From NCBI GenBank assembly GCA_025594325.1, contig JANHCV010000001.1, forward strand, positions 930,001 to 994,000: a DNA stretch of 64,000 bases, in the 5' to 3' direction. The notes below the pieces were generated by a model. The model saw nothing but the letters and a program-made list of their open reading frames with translations, was not told where the DNA came from and searched no databases. Source of the stretch: Blastocladiella emersonii ATCC 22665 (lineage: Eukaryota > Fungi > Blastocladiomycota). Below are positions 56,892 through 64,000 of the stretch, piece after piece; position 1 is the first letter of the stretch; every line of letters starts with the position of its first letter. Position numbers and translations under genes: made by a program.

Positions 56892-58243
56892 TTAGTACTC
56901 GTCCTCGGCCACCACCTCGGGGAGCCTGCGCTGCTTCAGGCACGCCATGGGCGCGCACGACCCCGCGCCGTCGAACGGGCTCAGGAGCCACTGGCTGTAC
57001 TCGCTGTCGGGGGTCGAGTTGCTGCCGCCTGGCCGCGTGTTTCCCGAGGGCTGCGCGTAGTACGGCACGACGTGCATGAACGGCTGGATCGAGGAGACGT
57101 AGAGCGCGGCATAGCGCGAACGGCCCACTCGGCGCGTTACGGGAAGGAGCGACAACCCTCGGACTGGCAGCGAGTTGCCGTAGGTCGACGCGGTGCCTGG
57201 GATCTTGTTGGACACGTCAAACTGCTCGATGATGATCACGTCCGTCGTAGATTTCCCGCTGGTTAAATTGGCCGCTTTGGACGGATCGGAGCACGAGGCT
57301 CGTGCTCGGCGCCGTGGTGCGTAGAGTGGAGGGCGGCGATGACCTTGCCGACGCGGTACAGCTGATTCGGCGCGAGGTACTACCGTGTGTGTGCGCGTAT
57401 CCCGCGTGAGAGTTAGATCTTGGACACGGGAGTGAGCTATGGATCGGCTGTACCAGAACCCAGTCCGCACGTCCTCGACGAGGTCAAGCGAGAGAACCGA
57501 CTGCGCGAAGCCAGCGGGCTCCGGTACCGCGGCCTCGTTCATGAAGCGCGCGAGCTGCGCGAGCCGTGCAGCAGGACCACGGACGACTGGGGCGAGCGTG
57601 TCGGGAGGGAGCGCGCGGCGAGCAAAGAGGAGACACGGTCCAAGTAGCTTGGGCGCGAAGGGCGGGCCACCTTGCTGTATGCACGCCGGAGAAGAATCAG
57701 GGATTGAGACGAGGTCAGCACAGCCGGGGCAGTCCTTGATCTCACCGTCCTTGCCAACCTCGCTGTCCACGACGTGGCAAACGCAGTAGAGCTCTTTGAC
57801 CGAGTCCACGGCGGGCGACATGAAGACGCGTCCGAGAAAGCTGACGCCGGCCCTTGATAAGAAGACTTGAGGGCTGGCTCGCGCTTGCTCCTGCGGCCGT
57901 GGACGGCTCTCCGCGCACACAACAGCACGCGCCGCGAGCGCAACCGAACCCTGCTGTGAGAGGAGCTCTCCGTGCTGGTTGTGGATCAAGAAGTCGGGGT
58001 CGAACGTTATGCGACGGTAGATGTCTCTGCAGGCGCCGAGAGAGGGAAACATGCGCCCGCCGGTCGGCAACTCGAGTGGCGAGATGGGGATCCCCAGCTC
58101 CAGCTGCTGGGCGACGAGAACGGGGCGCGCGTCACCAATGTATGAGGGCGGACGTCGAGGTCCAAGTATTCCGGCCGACCGCGCACAAATGATTCAGGCT
58201 TGTCGCGTGTCCGAAGCACGGGTCCTTGCCGAATGAACCGCAT
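56892..58243 (-). other. Unassigned ORF/gene remnant in a lower-GC island
   Basis: A 392-codon open frame, with a second short protein-like frame upstream (58243-58140) in a different phase. No motif was recognised. Confidence 0.25.
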
Positions 58244-58625
58244 GTCAAGTAGGCGACGTAGCGAGCCGCAGTCCGTGAACCATGTTTAGCTTTCAGAGCG
58301 CTTGATCAGTTGCATAGAGTTATTTGATTCGTTTACATGGTTTCTCAGAGTCATAGGGAGGCAAAATCGAGCGAGCGAGTGCGATGAAGCGCGTCGCTCA
58401 CCGGCCATCACGCGGAACATTTTTGCGAAGCACTTCGCCGAGCGCTCCGACGCGTTGCGCCACAACGTGAGACGCGAGGCAAGACCCATGTGACGGTGGC
58501 GCTCCACTTGGCCTTGGCCGCACGAGGATCGACGCATCTCCCCCTCCCCTCCCCTTCTCAGCGACCCACCTTTTCCATGTATCCTCACTCTATGCAATAG
58601 CTCAGGAAACCTACAGACTACCACC

Positions 58626-59270
58626 ATGTTCTGCCTGCAAGCCCTCCTCCCGCTCCTCGCGTTCCCGCGCATGGCCGCGAGCCCGCTGTTCACGCTCGGC
58701 TACCTGGCGTCGGTCTTCCTGCACCACCGCCCGTGCATCTACTGCCTGATTCTTTTCGTCGGCGCGCTGTGGTCGACGTGCTACTGGGGCGAGGGGGCGA
58801 CGTGCTGGGCCACCATCTCGCCCAACCCGGCGGTCCCGACCACGGGCCTTGACAAGGACATGGACGTGCTCGACAAGCTGATCGAGTCGCCCAACGCCAC
58901 CTTCAGTCTGTCCTTTGCCGCCAGCCTCATCAAACTCCGCCTGCTCCCCGTCTCGCCCGCCGACTACGCGACGTGGGTCACCCGCTGGGCCACGCCCGTC
59001 CACAACGACGTGCTGATCCCGTGGCGGCAGCAGCCGGCGCCCAAGCGCGCCGAGCCGCCGATGCTCGCCGCCGCCGAGGCTGAGGACGAGGTGCACAAGA
59101 CGGTCGCGGTCATTGACGCGAGCGGGCCCGAGGCGACCGTTTCGGACACGAGTATGGACCAGGCGCTGGCAACAGACGTGTCCACTGACGCCGCGCAGGA
59201 GACGCTGGACTCGCTCGCCGCCGCGACGGGCGCCGTGGCGGCAACGGTCGTCGATCCTGCGACGCCGTGA
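58626..59270 (+). CDS. BLCAP: BC10/BLCAP family membrane protein with acidic C-terminal extension
   Basis: MFCLQALLPLL..F..GYLASVFLHHRPCIYCLILF matches the BLCAP pattern MYCLQWLLPVL..RKPCTICALVF. Confidence 0.8.
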   Translation: MFCLQALLPLLAFPRMAASPLFTLGYLASVFLHHRPCIYCLILFVGALWSTCYWGEGATCWATISPNPAVPTTGLDKDMDVLDKLIESPNATFSLSFAASLIKLRLLPVSPADYATWVTRWATPVHNDVLIPWRQQPAPKRAEPPMLAAAEAEDEVHKTVAVIDASGPEATVSDTSMDQALATDVSTDAAQETLDSLAAATGAVAATVVDPATP

Positions 59271-59426
59271 ATCGTGTTGTGTCCCTCCTCGCCGTGAAAC
59301 CGTGTACATCATCTCATATACCGAATCCTTCTCCCACCGCCACCACCGAGCCGAGGAGGAGTCTCGGATACAGTGCATTTCAAGAACAACAAATGGCGAG
59401 TCTCTCTCCCCAGGCCACGATCCCCA

Positions 59427-61484
59427 CTACTCGTGCCCAGCGTCCACAATGTTCCCCGGTGCGGGTCCGACGGGCTCGTCGGCGGGCCACTCCCACTGGA
59501 ACACGGCGCCGTCGCTCGAGACGGAGACGATCGTGCGCTGGTCGGGTGCGATCTTGACCTTGAGGATCTCGGTCGAGTGGCCGACGCCGACGTGGGTGAC
59601 GTCGCCCTCCTCGTACCGGTACATTTTCACGAGCTTGTCGCTGCCGCCAATGACGAACCGGGTGCCGTCGCGGGCCATGTCGAGCCCGTTGATGGCGTCC
59701 GACTGCGACGCCTCGATCTCGCGGATGAGTGACCCGTCGTACGCCTCCCAGTACGCGATCTTGCGGTCGGTGCCGGACGTGAGCAGCTGGTTCTCCTCGG
59801 GGTAGTAGCACACGGCCTTGAAGAAGGAGGGCGCGAACAGGACCTGGTTGCGGACGTGGCGGACGAGGTCCCACAGGATGCACGATCCGTCCGACGACGA
59901 CGACACGCACTCGAGGTTGTTGCGTCGGATCTTGATGCTGGTGACGGTGCCCTTGTGCTCCTTCATGGCGTTCTCGAGGGTCTGCGCGTGGCGCGAGATG
60001 CGCCAGATGCGCACCTGGCCGTCCTCGCCGCCGCTGATGATGCGGTAGCTGCCGTCGCGCGCGTCCATGTCGGTGACGGCGAGCGCGGTCACGCACTTCT
60101 TGTGCGCGTCGTGGATCTCGTACTGCAGGCGGCCCGACTGCGGGCCGAAGGCGCGGATCTTGCCGTCGGTCCACCCGGAGATGAGCGAGCTGCCGTCCTG
60201 CTTGAACATGATGCACTTGGCCTCGAGGTTGGGCAGCCGGATCCGCAGGTACTCCTGGGCCGACGCCGCGCCCCAGATCCGGATGTCCATGTCGCTGGCC
60301 GTCGCGAACACCTGCGCCGACTCGGGCGGGAACGCGATGTCGTTGACGGGCGAGTAGTGCCACGCGACGAGCCGGTCCGCGTGCATGGACCGCAGGTCGA
60401 TCGAGTAGATGTTGCTCTGCGAGGTCGACGCGAGCAGGTGGTGCTCGGACACGGGGCACAGCGACGTGACGCGGCCATCGAGCTTGGTGCGGTGCGTGAC
60501 CTTGAGCCCGGGCAGGCTGAGCGTCGCGACGTGCCCGTCGCCCGCGCCCACCACGATGCTCTGCGCGTCCCACGTCAGCGCGCAGCTCACGATCCCGAGC
60601 GAGAAGTTGTCGCGCTCCTTGGGCGGGCCCGACAGCTTGAACAGGCGCGTCGCGACGGCCACCTTGAGCAGGTCGCCCGTCGAGGTCCCGCAGTACATGA
60701 ACTCGTCGTTGTTGTCGAGCGTGATGCACTTGACGATGCGCTTGATGGTGCCCATCTGACAGTCGGTCGGCTTGACCTTGCGCGCGGCGACCTGCACCTC
60801 CCACACGCGCAGCGTGCTGTGGCCGCCCGTCACGAAGGTCAGGTCGTCGTTGTTGAGGTACGTCAGGCACAGCGTGACCCCGGCGCTGTCCTTGGACGCG
60901 GGCGCGCCGCAGATGGCCGTGCCGCGCTCCAGGTCCCACACGATCACGCTGTTGTCGTCCTCGCCGCCGAGCGACGCCAGGTACAGGTCGTTGGGCGAGA
61001 AGGCCAGCGCCTCCACCTTGACCTTGTGCAGCGACAGGTGCTTGATGGCGCGCCGCGTCTCAAAGTCCCACAGGATGATGTCCGCCTATACACGCGCGCC
61101 GCGATGAGTACACACGCTCGCTCGACTCCTGCACCCACGAAGCGTACCTGGAACCCCATGTGCGTGACCTGGCCCGACGCAATGTACCGTCCCGACTTGG
61201 AGATGGCGAGGCAGGTGATGAGGTTGGTGTGGCCCTGCAGAAACTCCTGCTGCCCCGTGGCCAGGTCCTGGATCACCACGTTCGACCCGAGCGGGTACAG
61301 CCGGTGCGTCCCCGCCGGATGCCGCAGCAGGCCCTGGGGGACGGTGCCTACACACGCGTATCGAGTCGTCGGCATGGAGGTCGTATGTGAAGGGAAGAGG
61401 CGAGGGTAGCGGACCCGAGAAGCCGATGATCGACTTGAGCTTGAGCCGCGTCGGCTGCTGGTGCTGCTGCGTTTCGGACATCAT
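59427..61484 (-). CDS. CFAP52: Axonemal microtubule inner protein CFAP52/WDR16; exons 61484-61415, 61347-61148, 61085-59427 (642 aa)
   Basis: LKLKSIIGFSGTVPQGL..YPLG, HKVKVEALAFSPND.YLASLGGEDD, SGWTDGKIRAF, TSGTDRKIAYW and EGDVTHVGVGHS. Spliced length is 1929 nt. Confidence 0.92.
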
Positions 61485-61787
61485 CTTTGGGTGGTTACGT
61501 TGCGCTACGTCTTACGGTGGCTTAAGGATCGTCGGCGTGGCTTTGGGGGAGTGAAGCTCGGCACACGACGCGCGGGGCGGCGACGCGACGCGCCTCTCCT
61601 GCGCGGTCACATGGCGTTCGGGAGACGCGTCGCGGCGATCTTCTCCGCGCTCGCTCAAAGTCAATGTTGGCACAAACAGGATCGATTCGGAAACAAACAT
61701 AGAGACAAATAATACAGGATAAAAAGTCGAGGCGGACGCGAGAACGGGTGGGGTCGTGGGGTAGTGGCGACGGATGCGGGAGCGCGT

Positions 61788-64000
61788 CTAGTAGGTGGTG
61801 GTGGCGGGAACGGCTTGGGCGGCCGCCGCGACGACGTTGACCGACGACGTGGTGTAGGCCATGGCGGCCATGGACATGGACATGGCCATGGGCATGCCGC
61901 CGGCAGAGATATACATGGCCGAGGCAGCGGCCGCGGCGGGATAGGAATAGTACGACGAGACGGCGACCGACGGGACCGCAGCGGCGACAGCGGCCGCGGC
62001 GGCGGAGGGGACAGCGTGGGTGCTGCCTACCATGCGGGGCGCGACGACGGGCGCCGATACGGATACGACGGGGCGGCGGGTGACGTACCCGACCGCCGCC
62101 GGCGCACCCGCGGCCGTCGCGGCCGCCGCCATGGCGGGGGCCACGGGCAAGGACGACGACGCGAGCGGGGCGGCCGAGCCGCCGCGCGTAAACGAGAGGG
62201 CGGGCGTCGGGTGAGGCGAGCGTCGCGAAACCGACGAGGGCGAGGCCGACGCCGAGAAGGCCGTGGCTGGTCCTCCTCGCGGCGCCGCGGTCGCGGCAGC
62301 CGGGGTGGCGGAGCTGCGGCACCAGGAACGGTGGCCGCGCTGCCACGACTCGGCCTGGCACTCGTTGGAGCAGTACCGGGCGATGCGGCACCGCGAGCAC
62401 CGGTGGAACGCGTTGGCCGACGGCTCGGTGCGGTGGCAGCCCATGTTGGCGCACACGAACCGCTCGGTCGCCGACGCCGCGGCCGCGTTGGCCGGCGTGA
62501 TCGTGTGGTGGTGGACATGGTGGTGATGGTGACCGTGCTCGGGATGAACCTGCGCCGCGGACATGGGGCAGGCCGAAGCGGCCGCATCCCAAGTTCGGGC
62601 GGGCTCGGCGGTAGTAGTAGTGGTTGTAGTGGTGGTCGGGCACCAAGTTCGGGGCTGCGCGTTGGTCTGCCAGGAGCGCTTCTCGGCGGCCGGGGCCACG
62701 GTAGCCGCGGCCTGGCCCATGATGGCGATAGCGAGCTCGCGGATGGGCGACGGCGGGGCGCGCGTGAGGGGCTCGACGAGCGCGTACGCGCAGGCGCCCG
62801 CGGCGTCGGCGGGCTGGCGGAGGTAGGTGCGGACCGTGGGGTGCTCGCCGAGCGCGTAGATGATCTGGAGCGCGAGCGCCGCGTCCTGCGGGCGGATGGC
62901 GGCGCCGAGGGCCGGGAGACGCTGCTGCGACTGCTGCTGCTGAACCTGCTGCGGCTGGGCGGGAGCCGGGGTAGCGACGACCGGAGCGACGGCACCGGCC
63001 GCCGCGCCCGAAATTGGACCGTGGGCCGGTAGGTCGAGGAGCATCGGGGCGGGTAGGCCGAGAGGTCGCGGAATTCGCAGCGACAGGTCGCCCGTGACCA
63101 GGGCGTTGCCCGCGGGGACCGCGGCGGCGGCCGAGGCGGCGCCGACCGCGGTGACGTCCATGACCGAGGCCGTGTGCATGCCGGCGCCGGCCGAGTGGGT
63201 GGCCGAGCCGGGGACGCGCGCCGTGACCTCGATCGAGCCGGGAGCGGCGGTACCGGCGGCCGCACCGGCCAGGGCCTCGTACAGGCTGTGGTGGTGGTGG
63301 TTGTGGTGGTGCTCGCCCGCGGCGGCCGCAGCAGCGGCTCCGGCCGAGCCAGGAGCTCGCAGCGACGCGGCAGCGAGGTGGGTCGCCTTGACCGAGTGGG
63401 GGGCGGGGACGGTGGCCGCCACCGAATTGGCGTTGTTGACACCATTACCATTGCGATTAACGCCAATGGCGGCGGCCACGTCGCCCGCCGTGGCGGTGCG
63501 CGAGACCTTGGCGAGGGGCGCCTCGGCGCGCTCGCGTTCATCTTCGTCGTCACGATCATCGTCGGTGGTATCCCCGGCGGCGAGCGAGCGGGCGCCGAGC
63601 GACGGCGTCATGGAGGCCGTGTCGGAGGCGACCGACGAGGTCGAGTCGACGCGCTTTCGTTTGGCCGAGGCGTGCAGGGCGCGCTCGATGGTGCGCAGGT
63701 AGCCGCGCAGGACGGCGACCGAGATGCCGACGGCGCCGCGGCGCGCGCACTCGCCGCGCACCCGCGAGTCGCCGCGGACGACCATGGTGGCGAGCGTCTG
63801 GAGCGCCGCGAGCCACAGGGTCGGCTCGAGCGCGGCCGAGTCACCCGTGGCTGTGGCCGAGGCGGGATCAGCCATGCCGAGCGCAGCGAGCGCGGCCGCG
63901 AGGGCCGAGGTGGCGGCGGCCGCACCGGCGGCGGGCGAGGGCGCGCCGGGCATGTAGAGGCGCAGGATCTCGACGGCGCGGTCGACGACGCCGTCGCAGG
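61788..64000 (-). CDS. samB/MUB1-like MYND zinc-finger protein, 5' end outside the window
   Basis: MYND: CANMGC..RCSRCRIARYCSNECQAESWQRGHRSWC. samB-like blocks MVVRGDSRVR and LALQIIYAL..LVEPLT. The frame stays open to the window edge (CDGVVDRAVEIL). Confidence 0.72.
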   Translation of the reverse strand, partial: CDGVVDRAVEILRLYMPGAPSPAAGAAAATSALAAALAALGMADPASATATGDSAALEPTLWLAALQTLATMVVRGDSRVRGECARRGAVGISVAVLRGYLRTIERALHASAKRKRVDSTSSVASDTASMTPSLGARSLAAGDTTDDDRDDEDERERAEAPLAKVSRTATAGDVAAAIGVNRNGNGVNNANSVAATVPAPHSVKATHLAAASLRAPGSAGAAAAAAAGEHHHNHHHHSLYEALAGAAAGTAAPGSIEVTARVPGSATHSAGAGMHTASVMDVTAVGAASAAAAVPAGNALVTGDLSLRIPRPLGLPAPMLLDLPAHGPISGAAAGAVAPVVATPAPAQPQQVQQQQSQQRLPALGAAIRPQDAALALQIIYALGEHPTVRTYLRQPADAAGACAYALVEPLTRAPPSPIRELAIAIMGQAAATVAPAAEKRSWQTNAQPRTWCPTTTTTTTTTAEPARTWDAAASACPMSAAQVHPEHGHHHHHVHHHTITPANAAAASATERFVCANMGCHRTEPSANAFHRCSRCRIARYCSNECQAESWQRGHRSWCRSSATPAAATAAPRGGPATAFSASASPSSVSRRSPHPTPALSFTRGGSAAPLASSSLPVAPAMAAAATAAGAPAAVGYVTRRPVVSVSAPVVAPRMVGSTHAVPSAAAAAVAAAVPSVAVSSYYSYPAAAAASAMYISAGGMPMAMSMSMAAMAYTTSSVNVVAAAAQAVPATTTY

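Noticed and set aside
1-64000. CRISPR arrays, rRNA genes, telomeric repeats, prokaryotic operon or defence systems
   Set aside because: None seen. The window is spliceosomal-intron-containing eukaryotic DNA, and its only long repeat pair is the LTRs.

Overview
GC-rich, gene-dense eukaryotic DNA with short GT-AG introns (mostly 53-104 nt; donors GTACGY/GTGCGY, branch CTGAC/CTAAC). Fungal-type genes (KIN4-like kinase, samB/MUB1-like MYND, SPF1, GPI13) sit alongside axoneme/basal-body genes (CFAP52, FAM161). That combination points to a zoosporic fungus, probably Blastocladiomycota (inference). I built gene models by hand for about 19 intact-looking genes: KIN4-like kinase, RPS0, MGR3-like TPR protein, PRP8, a rhomboid pseudoprotease, a GPI-type tyrosinase, a secreted 5'-nucleotidase, an ankyrin-like protein, GPI13, FAM161, SPF1, UFE1/STX18, BTG/Tob, AKTIP, a forkhead factor, EBP2, BC10, CFAP52 and a partial samB/MUB1. 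A full-length Ty3/Gypsy LTR retrotransposon (26209-31483, 181-bp LTRs, CGAGC target-site duplication) lies in a visibly less GC-rich zone with decaying genes on both sides. The most notable observations are: (1) a catalytically dead rhomboid whose hidden first exon encodes a degenerate calmodulin-like EF-hand lobe; (2) a GPI-type tyrosinase next to a nucleotidase with a Tyr/Pro/Lys-rich extensin-like arm; (3) CpG-focused decay of retroelement catalytic Asp codons, plus a compensated frameshift pair and a possible splice acceptor at the gag/protease junction; (4) a FoxJ1/Hcm1-like forkhead gene; and (5) a BTG/Tob homolog with an altered Caf1-binding box. No database searches or computations were run; family calls rest on recognised motifs.
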